From Alistipes sp. (GTDB lineage: Bacteria > Bacteroidota > Bacteroidia > Bacteroidales > Rikenellaceae): a stretch of DNA of 64,000 bases. This document shows positions 47,343-58,272 of the stretch, one piece after another; position 1 is the stretch's first letter; each line of letters starts with the position of its first letter. The position numbers and the translations under genes are program-made. The stretch spans positions 598 through 64,597 of the forward strand of contig JAGBTO010000098.1 of NCBI GenBank assembly GCA_017631285.1. The letters are read 5' to 3'. Under the pieces are notes generated by a model. It made no database searches. It saw only the letters and a list, made by a program, of their open reading frames with translations, and was not told the origin of the DNA.

Positions 47343-48215
47343 CTAATTAGCGCCACCTACAAGCCACTTATTGATGCTATCGACGTATGTTTTCGAGATA
47401 GGAACATCAGGGACTCCATCCATACCGAATTCAACGAATATGCCCTCCTTTTCACGACGCATAACCTTAATCAAATCGAGATTTATGATGTATGAACGAT
47501 GGCATCTTTGGATGTGAGTTGCCTCTAACTCTTTAGCAACACGAGTAAGAGTGTTGCGCACCAACACCTTCTTTGGCACACCATTGTTGATATACCACAC
47601 ACAAACATAATTATCAGCCGACTCAAGCAACAACAAATGTTCGCGACGGACCGACAAACGGAGCTCGCCTTTCTCATCAAGAATCTGAACATAGGCTGCC
47701 TGCAATGCATTCTCATCCTCAGCAAGACGTTCACGAATACTGCGTAACTGCGCAACACGCTCCTGCCAAATAAAGTAGATGTAGCACATCACATAAGGAA
47801 TCAACAAAATAAAGAATGTCTTTACAAGAGAGTTATAAAAAATCGTTCCTATGCTTTTACTTGTATCGGTAAAGAGTGCTGCCATGGTAAATATAAACGC
47901 CATAATCAACACCTCGCACGCAACCCATGCAATATAGCTGATGTATGACATGGCACGCGAACGGGTATATAAAGCCATAATCCATCGGCTGATTGCAACG
48001 ACCGCCATACCAATCAATATAAAACCAATTGTAATGAGCTGTACCAAGACCTCTCGCGAGATATTTAATTTCGTAAGCAATCCTGCATCCTCGTCGATAT
48101 ACTCAAAGTTAAATGGACGATAGATAGTGATGAACAACAATGCAAAAATGGGCACGAATATAATCATGGCGATTTGATTCGACCTCTTATATACAAATGA
48201 TGGGATTGGTGTCAT
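47343..48215 (-). CDS. Membrane-anchored LytTR-domain transcriptional regulator
   Basis: Four TM segments followed by ESADNYV...RCHRSYIINL...VPISKTY. Confidence 0.9.
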   Translation of the reverse strand: MTPIPSFVYKRSNQIAMIIFVPIFALLFITIYRPFNFEYIDEDAGLLTKLNISREVLVQLITIGFILIGMAVVAISRWIMALYTRSRAMSYISYIAWVACEVLIMAFIFTMAALFTDTSKSIGTIFYNSLVKTFFILLIPYVMCYIYFIWQERVAQLRSIRERLAEDENALQAAYVQILDEKGELRLSVRREHLLLLESADNYVCVWYINNGVPKKVLVRNTLTRVAKELEATHIQRCHRSYIINLDLIKVMRREKEGIFVEFGMDGVPDVPISKTYVDSINKWLVGGAN

Positions 48216-48229
48216 ACTACAGAATTGAA

Positions 48230-48955
48230 CTATTTTAACTCAAAAGCAAAACGACACAACACATCTTGCGACGAATTGCAGAATTCATAGGTACGTTTCT
48301 GATCTATCTGCTCATGCTTTAGGTATAGATAATCGCCATATAGAGCCTCCTTTAAGAAATTTACATCCATACGAAGCGATTCAACCTGCTCGGGAACTTC
48401 AATCGGCATAGAATCGAAAATTATATCTATATAACGCATCGTATTCATGTGGCGATTGAAATCGATATCACTATACACAACCTTATGTTCGGCAACAACT
48501 TCGCCACCAACTACGCCCAAACGACGGGGACGTTCGCATGGCGACGGAGCATCGACTATTGTGCCATCATGAACCTTTGCCAAGGTGTTCATATCCACAG
48601 GCATACGTGTATCGAAATCGAGCATACACCACTGTGAAACAGCGCGACTAAACTCGCGACCATCATCGTCGGTAAGTGTAAAATTACGTGTCGATGATAG
48701 ACGATTATAATCACTAATCCAAGTATGAATTGTAAACTGTGCATACTCCTTAGGAATATAATCCAACTCAACACACATGCGCGACAGCACCCAACCGAAA
48801 TTTCTACCAGCTAATGCATCAATACCAAAACCTCGATTATGAGCATCCTGACCAGCAACATATAATATTATATCACACATCGAAGAGACTGAAGCACGCG
48901 ACGTAAAATCAACATGCCTAGGCTCGACCTTCATTCTAAAAACACTCTTCTCCAT
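48230..48955 (-). CDS. Acyl-ACP thioesterase
   Basis: WVLSRM and YSDIDFNRHMNTMRY motifs. Confidence 0.9.
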   Translation of the reverse strand: MEKSVFRMKVEPRHVDFTSRASVSSMCDIILYVAGQDAHNRGFGIDALAGRNFGWVLSRMCVELDYIPKEYAQFTIHTWISDYNRLSSTRNFTLTDDDGREFSRAVSQWCMLDFDTRMPVDMNTLAKVHDGTIVDAPSPCERPRRLGVVGGEVVAEHKVVYSDIDFNRHMNTMRYIDIIFDSMPIEVPEQVESLRMDVNFLKEALYGDYLYLKHEQIDQKRTYEFCNSSQDVLCRFAFELK

Positions 48956-49072
48956 ATACTGCTATATATAAACAATCGCAAAGTTAATAAAAATGTTCAA
49001 CATAAAAATACTACGTTGGCACATATTATTCTATCTCATGCCACATTCCGCCACCTGCAACATTATGCAACA

Positions 49073-49744
49073 TTATGCAACAAGAAACATATTCAATATT
49101 TTGTATAAGGCAATCATGTGAAAAACATCGCCCAGCAACACAAACCCATGAAATACCGAGTGCATGTAACACACTTTCTTAAATCCATACAACACCGCAC
49201 CTAAAATATAACTTACACCCTCGGCAACAACCCACAATACGATGGTGGTACCGACGCTGTCGTGAAAAGGTTTAAACGCAATAAGTATGGTGAGTCCCAT
49301 AAGAACATAACAAGCTGTTTCTAAATAACTATGGGATTTCATCTTTCTAAAACTCAAGGTAGTCCCTACAATGGCACACAACCACACAAAACAAAACATC
49401 GACCATCCCCAAATATTAAACCCAGACGACAGCATAGCAATGAGAGTAATCGGCGAGTAACTACCAGCTATATGCCAATATATTGCAGCGTGATCTACGC
49501 CACGGAGTCTTTTTTTTGCGATTTGAAACTCACTTGAGCAGGCATGATACAGGGTCGATGCCAAATATGAACTAACGACCCCAAACAAATAGAGCCACAA
49601 GCTAAAAATTGCCAATGAAGAGCCTTTTGCATAGCCAATTTTAAGAAAAATGGCACACACGATGCACCCCATAAGAGCACCTATGCCATGCGAAATGGCA
49701 TTGACTTTTTCCTCTCCAATAGTATATTTTTTCACTATATTCAT
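49073..49744 (-). CDS. Hemolysin III/PAQR family membrane protein
   Basis: EEKVNAISHG, STLYH, DHAAIY..IAGSYSP and HSVFH motifs. Confidence 0.9.
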   Translation of the reverse strand: MNIVKKYTIGEEKVNAISHGIGALMGCIVCAIFLKIGYAKGSSLAIFSLWLYLFGVVSSYLASTLYHACSSEFQIAKKRLRGVDHAAIYWHIAGSYSPITLIAMLSSGFNIWGWSMFCFVWLCAIVGTTLSFRKMKSHSYLETACYVLMGLTILIAFKPFHDSVGTTIVLWVVAEGVSYILGAVLYGFKKVCYMHSVFHGFVLLGDVFHMIALYKILNMFLVA

Positions 49745-49749
49745 CGTGG

Positions 49750-49757
49750 CAAAAGTA
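49750..49757 (-). promoter_or_regulatory. -7 promoter box (TACTTTTG), 5 nt before the hemolysin III ATG
   Basis: TAnnTTTG. Confidence 0.6.
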
Positions 49758-49988
49758 GCACAAAGATTTTATTTTAACGAAGAAATTCCACAAAAAACGT
49801 TCTATACGGATAAAAATATGTTGTATTTAAGTACTAAAAAATCAAATATAATCGCACACGCACCAACAAGAGTATTTCACCCTATTAATATGACGATTCA
49901 CCGGATTTTGAGCATTCAAATGTAAAATATATGAATATATTTTGTATATTTGTACAATTGTTTCTGATAATTAAATTAAGTACAAGAT

Positions 49989-51065
49989 ATGAAAAGGAAA
50001 TGGATTATTACGGCTGCTATAATTGCGCTTTTTTGCTTGATGGCAGGTGGTTACAAGTACTACACAAATCACAAAGTTGGTGAAGAGGTATTGACTGTTG
50101 CTCCTCAGAAGGGACCAAAGCAGAATGTTCTTAATGTAAATGGTTTAGTAATTAGTCACCAATCGCTCACCGAGGATATTACAATGGTGGGTAACCTACT
50201 GCCCGACGAGGAGGTGGATTTAACATTCGAAACATCGGGTAAAATCGTCGAGATTAATTTCAAAGAAGGTACTCTCGTAAAGAAGGGCGATTTATTGGCA
50301 AAGGTGAATGACAAACCTCTTCAGGCTCAATTAAAAAGACACGAGGCACAGCTCAAATTGGCACAAGACAGAGTGTATCGCCAAAGCACTCTGCTGGAGA
50401 AAGATGCCGTGAGTCAGGAAGCCTTCGAACAGGCACGTACCGAACTTGCCATGCTGAACGCCGACATTGATATCGTAAAACAAAATATCGCGCTAACTGA
50501 ATTACGTGCTCCATTCGATGGAATCATCGGTTTGCGTAATATCAGTGAGGGTGCCTACGCATCACCAAATGTAGTGGTGGCAAAGCTCACCAAGATATCA
50601 CCTTTGAAAATCGATATGTATATTCCTGAGCGTTATGCCGACGAGATTGGGATTGGCACACCATTGTCATTTACAGTGGAAGGACGCAACCAGACTTATA
50701 ATGCTTCGGTCTATGCCAAGGAGTCGGAGGTTGACATGGCAACCCGTACACTTGCCATACGTGCAACCTATCCTAATTCCAACGGCCAGCTTATGCCAGG
50801 TCGTTTCATCTCGGCGAAAATTCGTATGAGTGACATTCCTCAGGCTATCGCTATTCCTACCGAGGCCATTGTTCCTGAGATGGGCGTTGATAAGGTATAT
50901 GTCTATCGCGCTGGCAAGGCTCATGCTACAACCGTAAAGACAGGCTTGCGTACCGATGCGCTGATTCATATCATCGAGGGCATCGAGTTGGGTGACACCA
51001 TAATCACATCGGGAACACTTCAGTTGCGTGAAGGTCTGCCTGTTAAGTTGGACATTGTTGAATAA
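49989..51065 (+). CDS. RND efflux periplasmic adaptor (MFP)
   Basis: N-terminal TM; EG..VKKGDLL and LRAPFDGIIG motifs. Confidence 0.93.
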   Translation: MKRKWIITAAIIALFCLMAGGYKYYTNHKVGEEVLTVAPQKGPKQNVLNVNGLVISHQSLTEDITMVGNLLPDEEVDLTFETSGKIVEINFKEGTLVKKGDLLAKVNDKPLQAQLKRHEAQLKLAQDRVYRQSTLLEKDAVSQEAFEQARTELAMLNADIDIVKQNIALTELRAPFDGIIGLRNISEGAYASPNVVVAKLTKISPLKIDMYIPERYADEIGIGTPLSFTVEGRNQTYNASVYAKESEVDMATRTLAIRATYPNSNGQLMPGRFISAKIRMSDIPQAIAIPTEAIVPEMGVDKVYVYRAGKAHATTVKTGLRTDALIHIIEGIELGDTIITSGTLQLREGLPVKLDIVE

Positions 51066-51080
51066 TAATCCTTTTCGACC

Positions 51081-54000
51081 ATGAATATTTCCGAATTAAG
51101 CATACGCCGCCCAGTACTTGCGACCGTATTGACACTGATAATTATCATCTTCGGTGTCATTGGTTACACATCGCTGGGTGTAAGAGAATATCCCAGCGTA
51201 GATAACCCTATAATATCCGTAAACTGTTCTTATCCAGGTGCGAATGCCGATGTAATTGAAAATCAGATTACCGAGCCTTTGGAGCAAAATATTAACGGTA
51301 TTCCGGGCATTCGTTCTCTATCAAGTGTCAGTTCACAGGGAAGTAGCCGAATAACTGTTGAATTTGAGTTGTCGGTGGATTTGGAGACCGCAGCAAACGA
51401 CGTGCGTGACAAGGTTTCGCGTGCACAGCGTTTTCTACCCCGCGACTGCGACCCACCTACCGTATCCAAGGCCGATGCTGATGCTATGCCAATTCTTATG
51501 TTGGCCGTACAGAGTGACAAGCGTTCGCTGTTGGAGATTAGCGAGATTGCCGACCTTACAATCAAGGAGCAGTTGCAGACTATCAGCGATGTGAGTGCTG
51601 TGCAGATATGGGGTGAAAAACGCTATTCGATGCGCATATGGCTCGACCCAGCGAAGATGGCTGGTTATGGCATCACGCCCATAGATGTAAAAACTGCATT
51701 GGATAGAGAAAACGTAGAGCTTCCATCGGGAAGTATCGAAGGAAATACCACCGAGCTCACAATCCGTACTATGGGTTTGATGCATACGGCACAGGAGTTC
51801 AATGACTTGGTTGTACGCGAAAGCGACGATCGCATTATTCGCCTAAGCGATATTGGCCGCGCCGAGTTGGGTCCACAGGATACACGCAGCTACATGAAGA
51901 TGAATGGTGTTCCAATGGTTGGTGTTGTGGTAGTTCCACAGCCCGGAGCAAACCATATTGAGATTGCCGATGCCGTATATGAGCGAGTTAATGGCATGAA
52001 AAAGGATTTACCAGAAGATATCGTTCTCAGCTACGGATTTGACAACACGCGATTTATTCGTGCCTCAATTGATGAGGTGAAGCAGACTGTATATGAGGCG
52101 TTTATATTGGTTGTTATCATCATCTTCTTGTTCCTTAGAAATTTCCGCGTAACACTTATCCCTTGTATTGTAATTCCTGTATCACTCATCGGAACATTCT
52201 TTTTGATGTATTTGGCAGGATTCTCAATCAACGTACTTTCAATGTTGGCAGTAGTGCTTTCGGTTGGATTGGTTGTGGATGATGCCATCGTTATGACCGA
52301 AAACATATACATCAGAATCGAACGAGGCATGAGCCCATTTGATGCAGGTATCGAGGGTGCAAAAGAGATCTTCTTTGCCGTAATCTCGACCTCAATCACA
52401 TTGTTGGCTGTATTCTTCCCTATAGTCTTCATGGATGGTATGACGGGTAAGCTATTCATTGAGTTTAGTTTGGTGATCTCGGGAGCTGTGATTATCTCGA
52501 CATTTGCAGCCTTGACCGTAACACCTATGCTCGCATCGAAAATTCTAAAAAAGACCGAAAAGCAGAGTTGGTTTTACGAAAAGACTGAGCCATTCTTTGT
52601 ATGGTTGAATAATTTCTACAGCTCGACCCTTTCTACGTTCCTTAAGCATCGTTGGATAGCTATTCCCGTAACGACTGCCATGTTTGTGGTGATTGGTTGG
52701 TTGTGGAGCACTATACCTGCCGAGTTGGCCCCATTGGAGGATAGATCGCAGATTAACATCAACACGATGGGCTCGGAGGGTGCCACCTATGAGTACATGC
52801 GTGACTACACCGAGAATATCAATCTGCAGATTGACTCGCTGGTGCCAGAATCGAAATACGTGACAGCACGTGTGAGCAGTGGACGTGGAAATATCCAGGT
52901 AGCATTGAAGGATATCAACGAGCGTGAACGCTCACAGATGGAGATTGCCGAGGAACTTTCTGCCGTAGTGAGAAAACACACCAAGGCTCGTGCATTTGTG
53001 CAACAGCAGAGCACATTCGGCAGCCGCCGTGGCGGTATGCCTGTGCAGTATGTATTGCAAGCCATGACAATCGAGAGATTGGAGGAGGTGCTACCTAAAT
53101 TCATGGAGAAAGTTTACGAGAGCGACGTGTTGCAGATGGCAGACGTAAACCTCAAGTTCTCGAAGCCCGAGGCACGCATCACTATAAATCGTGACAAAGC
53201 AAACTTGCTTGGTGTATCAACCCGCGATATTGCCCAAACCTTGCAATATGGATTGAGTGGCCAACGAATGGGCTACTTCTACATGAATGGTAAGCAGTAT
53301 GAAATCTTGGCAGAGATTAATCGCCAACAGCGTAACAAACCCGCCGACCTTAAATCGATATACCTTCGCAGCTCGTCAGGCGAGATGATACAGATGGACA
53401 ATGTTGTCACATTGCAAGAGAATGTGGCTCCGCCTCAACTCTACCACTACAATCGTTTCCTTTCTGCTACGATATCGGCAGGTTTGGCCAAGGGTAAAAC
53501 CATTGGCGAGGGTCTGGCTGAGATGGATAGGATTGCCGCAGAGGTATTACCCGACGACTTTAGAACGGCTCTTACTGGAGATTCAAAGGAGTTTCGAGAG
53601 AGCTCTTCGAGTTTGTTGTTCGCATTCTTGCTTGCCATTGTGTTGATTTACCTGATTTTGGCAGCTCAGTTCGAAAGTTTCAAAGACCCATTTGTCATCA
53701 TGCTTACGGTGCCTTTGGCTATTGCGGGTGCATTGATATTCATGGCGGCCACAGGACAGACAATGAACATATATAGCCAAATTGGTATCATCATGCTCAT
53801 CGGTTTGGTGGCAAAGAACGGAATCTTGATTGTGGAGTTTGCCAACCAGAAGCAGGAGGCTGGTGAGAGCCTACGTGAGGCTATCGAATCAGCTTCATTG
53901 CAACGTATGCGACCCATCCTTATGACTAGTGCTTCCACTATTCTGGGTTTGCTTCCACTGACCGTTGCCACGGGAGAGGGTGCTAATGGACGTATCGCGA

Positions 54001-54116
54001 TGGGTGTTGCCGTTGTTGGAGGTTTGGTAGTTTCGACAATACTTACTCTCTACATCGTACCAGCTATCTACTCTTATGTCTCAACCGACCGCAGCAAGCA
54101 GATAAAGAAGGAGTAA
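51081..54116 (+). CDS. RND efflux permease (AcrB/AcrD/AcrF family)
   Basis: IRRPV start; GLVVDDAIV, GLVAKNGILIVEFA and RMRPILMT proton-relay motifs. Confidence 0.95.
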   Translation: MNISELSIRRPVLATVLTLIIIIFGVIGYTSLGVREYPSVDNPIISVNCSYPGANADVIENQITEPLEQNINGIPGIRSLSSVSSQGSSRITVEFELSVDLETAANDVRDKVSRAQRFLPRDCDPPTVSKADADAMPILMLAVQSDKRSLLEISEIADLTIKEQLQTISDVSAVQIWGEKRYSMRIWLDPAKMAGYGITPIDVKTALDRENVELPSGSIEGNTTELTIRTMGLMHTAQEFNDLVVRESDDRIIRLSDIGRAELGPQDTRSYMKMNGVPMVGVVVVPQPGANHIEIADAVYERVNGMKKDLPEDIVLSYGFDNTRFIRASIDEVKQTVYEAFILVVIIIFLFLRNFRVTLIPCIVIPVSLIGTFFLMYLAGFSINVLSMLAVVLSVGLVVDDAIVMTENIYIRIERGMSPFDAGIEGAKEIFFAVISTSITLLAVFFPIVFMDGMTGKLFIEFSLVISGAVIISTFAALTVTPMLASKILKKTEKQSWFYEKTEPFFVWLNNFYSSTLSTFLKHRWIAIPVTTAMFVVIGWLWSTIPAELAPLEDRSQININTMGSEGATYEYMRDYTENINLQIDSLVPESKYVTARVSSGRGNIQVALKDINERERSQMEIAEELSAVVRKHTKARAFVQQQSTFGSRRGGMPVQYVLQAMTIERLEEVLPKFMEKVYESDVLQMADVNLKFSKPEARITINRDKANLLGVSTRDIAQTLQYGLSGQRMGYFYMNGKQYEILAEINRQQRNKPADLKSIYLRSSSGEMIQMDNVVTLQENVAPPQLYHYNRFLSATISAGLAKGKTIGEGLAEMDRIAAEVLPDDFRTALTGDSKEFRESSSSLLFAFLLAIVLIYLILAAQFESFKDPFVIMLTVPLAIAGALIFMAATGQTMNIYSQIGIIMLIGLVAKNGILIVEFANQKQEAGESLREAIESASLQRMRPILMTSASTILGLLPLTVATGEGANGRIAMGVAVVGGLVVSTILTLYIVPAIYSYVSTDRSKQIKKE

Positions 54117-54135
54117 CGAAACAAACTTTTAGATT

Positions 54136-55449
54136 ATGAGATATATCATTTCATTTATACTTATTATTGCCTGCGTAGGCAATATCTCGGCACAAAAGAT
54201 TGTATCGCTCAAAGAGTGCTTGGAAATAGGCTTACAGAACAACTACGACTTGCAGATTGTGCGTAACAAGCAACAAATAGCCGACAATAACGCTTCGAGG
54301 GCTAATGCTGGAATGTTGCCCACACTTGACATATCGGCCGGATACTCTGGCACAGCCGACCAAACACACATCACACCCCGACAGGGCGATAGCTACTCGA
54401 CCAATGCATCATTCAATCAGTCGATGGATGTTGGGGTATCGTTGGGATGGACCATCTTCAATGGCATGAAACTTCAAACTAACTACAAGAAGTTGCAGGA
54501 GATGAAAACCCTCGGTTTGTTGCAAACACGCCTTGAAGTAGAAGATTTTGTAGCAAACCTCACAGCCGAATACTACAACTTGGTTCAGCAGACCCTGCGT
54601 CTGAAGAACTATCGCTACGCCGTAGCTCTTTCACGCGAGCGACTTCGTATTACCGAGGCACGATACCGCATCGGCGATTTCTCACGTTTGGACTGGTTGC
54701 AGGCAAGAGTGGATTTCAACGCCGACTCATCACAATATATGACCCAACAAGAGTTGGTAACGGCATCACGCATACGCATAAACGAATTGATGGCCAATCC
54801 AAATGTTACAGAGCGATGCATCGTTCGAGATTCGATGATTGATGTAAACTCTCAGCTAGAGTGGGAAAGCCTAAAGCAGAATATGAATGAGGCAAATTCA
54901 GAATTGCTTATTGCCAACCGTAACACCGCTATATCGGAACTCGATTTAAAGGCTGTAAAATCACGAAACTTCCCATATCTAAATCTCTCGGCTGGGTATG
55001 GTTATAATCGTAATATCTACGGCACAGGAGACACAAAAGTCCGAGGCGCTATGGGACCAAATGTGGGACTACGCATGGGCTTTACTATCTTCGATGGCAA
55101 TCGTCGTCGAGAACAACACAATGCACGCATAGAGGTTGAGAATGCACAACTCTCACGCGAGCAGTTAGAGCAATCGCTCATGGCAGACCTGGCAAACTTT
55201 TGGCAGGCATATACCAATAACCTCGAGGTGATAAAGTTGGAGCAGCAGAACCTCATCGCAGCTAAAGAGAATTACGAAATTGCCATGGAACGTTATCTAT
55301 TAGGCGACCTGCCAGGAATTGAGATGCGCGAAGCACAAAAAAGCCTCCTGGATGCCGAGGAACGAATCCTCACAGCTGAGTATAATACCAAACTATGCGA
55401 AATATCGCTGATGCAGATTAGCGGCAATATATTGGAGTATCTGAAATAA
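54136..55449 (+). CDS. TolC family outer-membrane efflux protein
   Basis: SLKECLEIGLQNN; two OEP repeats; follows the RND permease. Confidence 0.9.
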   Translation: MRYIISFILIIACVGNISAQKIVSLKECLEIGLQNNYDLQIVRNKQQIADNNASRANAGMLPTLDISAGYSGTADQTHITPRQGDSYSTNASFNQSMDVGVSLGWTIFNGMKLQTNYKKLQEMKTLGLLQTRLEVEDFVANLTAEYYNLVQQTLRLKNYRYAVALSRERLRITEARYRIGDFSRLDWLQARVDFNADSSQYMTQQELVTASRIRINELMANPNVTERCIVRDSMIDVNSQLEWESLKQNMNEANSELLIANRNTAISELDLKAVKSRNFPYLNLSAGYGYNRNIYGTGDTKVRGAMGPNVGLRMGFTIFDGNRRREQHNARIEVENAQLSREQLEQSLMADLANFWQAYTNNLEVIKLEQQNLIAAKENYEIAMERYLLGDLPGIEMREAQKSLLDAEERILTAEYNTKLCEISLMQISGNILEYLK

Positions 55450-55455
55450 CCCATC

Positions 55456-56730
55456 ATGAGTACACCTCTAGCAGAACGACTTCGTCCTAAATCAATCGAA
55501 GAATATATTGGGCAGACCCATTTGGTGGGTCAGAATGGCGTATTTCGCAAGTTCCTTGACACTGGCAACGTCCCATCATTTATATTATGGGGCCCTCCAG
55601 GTGTGGGTAAGACTACTCTTGCCAAACTCGTTGCCAACCACTTGGGCCGTCCGTTTTACACCCTGTCGGCTGTAACATCGGGCGTGAAGGATGTACGCGA
55701 GGTAATTGAAACAGCTCGTAAAAACAGTCTATTTCAAGCCAAGTCGGCATTCCTATTCATCGACGAGATTCATCGCTTCAACAAAAGCCAGCAGGACTCG
55801 CTTCTCGGAGCTGTTGAACAAGGAATAGTTACGCTGATTGGTGCTACGACCGAAAACCCCTCGTTTGAGGTTATATCACCACTTTTGAGCCGCTGTCAAG
55901 TGTATATACTCAAGTCGATGAACGACGATGAACTGCAAACACTACTCATGCGTGCCATTACAACCGACGAGGAGTTAAGTAAGCGTAACATAACCATTTC
56001 ACAAACTGCCGCACTATTCAAATTTTCGGGCGGTGATGCTCGTAAGTTGCTCAACATACTTGATATAATAGCGGGTGCGAGCGATGGTGATTTCGACATT
56101 ACCGATGACTATGTAACCGAGTGTCTGCAACAGAACATCGCTCTGTACGACAAAAACGGAGAGCAGCATTATGACGTCATATCGGCATTTATCAAATCGG
56201 TTAGAGGTAGCGACCCAAATGCCGCCATCTATTATCTGGCTCGTATGTTAGCCGGTGGCGAAGAGCCTCGTTTCATTGCTCGCAGATTGGTGATTTTGGC
56301 ATCTGAAGATATAGGATTAGCTAATCCCAATGCCCTACTTCTGGCAAATGCATGTTTCGACACGGTACATAAAATAGGCATGCCTGAAGCTCGTATCACA
56401 CTTGCCGAGACAACCATTTATCTTGCCACAAGCCCCAAAAGCAATTCAGCCTATATGGCAATAAACGAAGCACTTGCATTTGTAAATAAGGACACCACAA
56501 ATCGGCCCGTACCGCTACACCTCCGCAACGCTCCGACAAAATTAATGAGTGAGGCTGGATATGGCAAGGATTACAAATATGCCCACGACTATGCGGGCGG
56601 CTTCGTAGAGCAGGAGTTTATGCCAGAGAGTCTTACAGGACATACGTTCTACCATCCCAACACTCAAAATCAGCAGGAACAAAAGATTGCCGAGAGAATG
56701 AAGGCATTGTGGAAGGAGAAATATAAATAG
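55456..56730 (+). CDS. rarA: Replication-associated recombination protein A (MgsA)
   Basis: [32 protein letters not shown] and SEDIGLA motifs. Confidence 0.96.
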   Translation: MSTPLAERLRPKSIEEYIGQTHLVGQNGVFRKFLDTGNVPSFILWGPPGVGKTTLAKLVANHLGRPFYTLSAVTSGVKDVREVIETARKNSLFQAKSAFLFIDEIHRFNKSQQDSLLGAVEQGIVTLIGATTENPSFEVISPLLSRCQVYILKSMNDDELQTLLMRAITTDEELSKRNITISQTAALFKFSGGDARKLLNILDIIAGASDGDFDITDDYVTECLQQNIALYDKNGEQHYDVISAFIKSVRGSDPNAAIYYLARMLAGGEEPRFIARRLVILASEDIGLANPNALLLANACFDTVHKIGMPEARITLAETTIYLATSPKSNSAYMAINEALAFVNKDTTNRPVPLHLRNAPTKLMSEAGYGKDYKYAHDYAGGFVEQEFMPESLTGHTFYHPNTQNQQEQKIAERMKALWKEKYK

Positions 56731-56736
56731 TAAAAA

Positions 56737-57684
56737 ATGAGATATATTTTCACCATCATACTCTTTAGTTTTATAGCCCTACAATCGTGGGCTCAGAGCA
56801 TTTCGACAACACCTCTTACCCCAAATAAGAGAACTTATCGGTATGCAGTCAAGGGCCCCGACTCGTTATACCTCGACCACTACTCGGCACCGGTGGAGGG
56901 TAAGCGTCCATGTGTGATATTTATTTTCGGCGGAGGGTTTGTTGGTGGCTGCCGCGACAACAATAACGATATTCCCTATTTTTACACATTGACACAGCAT
57001 GGTTATGACGTTGTATCAATAGACTATCGCTTGGGTATGCGAGGTGTAAAATCGCCAGGTATAATTGAATTTTTAAGACTCTTTGACAAAACCATAAACA
57101 TAGCTGTAGAGGATTTATTCTCGGCTACGAACTTTATCTTGGAGCACGCCCACGAGTGGCATATTGATACCAGCAAGATTGTCGTTAGTGGTTCAAGCGC
57201 AGGAGCTATAACGGCATTGCAAGCCGAGTGGGCTATATGCAACCAACACCCCACAACAGCAGCATTACAAGAAGGGTTCAACTATGCAGGTGTGATAGCA
57301 TTTGCCGGTGCTGTGTTTACACTTAATGGAGCACCTGAGTGGAACAGCACAGCTGCGCCCATGCTTCTATTCCACGGCAGTTCCGACACTCAAGTGCCAT
57401 ATACCAAGATGGCGATGTTAGGCCGAGGCATGTATGGTTCACAATATATAGCCGATGAGTTACATGACGCAGGTGCGCCCTATTGGCTATACGTAGTGGA
57501 ATATGAGACTCATTCAATGGCAAGCAAGCCCATGCACGAAAATCACACCGAGATTCTATCTTTCCTGGATGAATATGTAATGCAGCAGCGACATCTACAA
57601 CGCACAACTCTGACCATTGACAAAACCATCCCCAAACGTAAAACATGGTTCCTGCCAAACGATTTCATTAACGCAAATTATTAG
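56737..57684 (+). CDS. Secreted alpha/beta hydrolase (carboxylesterase-like)
   Basis: Signal peptide; FGGGF oxyanion motif, GSSAG nucleophile elbow, HGSSD..VP and H. Confidence 0.85.
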   Translation: MRYIFTIILFSFIALQSWAQSISTTPLTPNKRTYRYAVKGPDSLYLDHYSAPVEGKRPCVIFIFGGGFVGGCRDNNNDIPYFYTLTQHGYDVVSIDYRLGMRGVKSPGIIEFLRLFDKTINIAVEDLFSATNFILEHAHEWHIDTSKIVVSGSSAGAITALQAEWAICNQHPTTAALQEGFNYAGVIAFAGAVFTLNGAPEWNSTAAPMLLFHGSSDTQVPYTKMAMLGRGMYGSQYIADELHDAGAPYWLYVVEYETHSMASKPMHENHTEILSFLDEYVMQQRHLQRTTLTIDKTIPKRKTWFLPNDFINANY

Positions 57685-57686
57685 AT

Positions 57687-58178
57687 ATGAAACGAATAGG
57701 GGTAATATCGGACACACACGGATGTTTTGACGACAAACTGCGTTTATTCCTAAAGGATGTTGATGAAATTTGGCATGCTGGCGATATAGGCTCGTTGGAA
57801 CTTGCCGATGAGATTGCGGCATTCAAGCCCCTACGTGGTGTTTATGGCAATATTGACGGTGGTGTAATCAGACGTGTATATAACGATTTCATAGTTTTCG
57901 AGTGTGAGAAAAAACGTGTGCTTATCACTCACATTGGTGGCTACCCTCGCCACTACTCACCCACGGCCATTCGGTTGATACAGGCATCGAAACCCGACAT
58001 CTTCATTGCAGGACATTCTCACATATTAAAGGTGATATACGACCCCATCTACTCGCTACTGCACATCAACCCTGGAGCAGCAGGTAAATACGGATTCCAC
58101 AAAGTACGCACGGCCATTCGTTTCACCATCGACGGCAGCGACATTCGCGATATGGAGATTGGCGAATGGCAAAGATAA
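57687..58178 (+). CDS. YfcE-like metallophosphoesterase
   Basis: SDTHG, HAGD, GNID, GHSH and NPG motifs. Confidence 0.92.
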   Translation: MKRIGVISDTHGCFDDKLRLFLKDVDEIWHAGDIGSLELADEIAAFKPLRGVYGNIDGGVIRRVYNDFIVFECEKKRVLITHIGGYPRHYSPTAIRLIQASKPDIFIAGHSHILKVIYDPIYSLLHINPGAAGKYGFHKVRTAIRFTIDGSDIRDMEIGEWQR

Positions 58179-58210
58179 AACCAAGGAGGTAGAGCAAGAT
58201 TAAAATCATA

Positions 58211-58252
58211 AAAAAAGGCTGTTCAATAAATCAATAAAGAACAACCTTTTTT
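58211..58252. terminator. Bidirectional terminator
   Basis: AAAAAAGGCTGTTC...GAACAACCTTTTTT. Confidence 0.75.
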
Positions 58253-58272
58253 GCTTTATGTAACAACTAATA

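Noticed and set aside
49989-55449. RND tripartite pump as a novel system
   Set aside because: Ordinary MFP-permease-TolC operon with intact canonical motifs.
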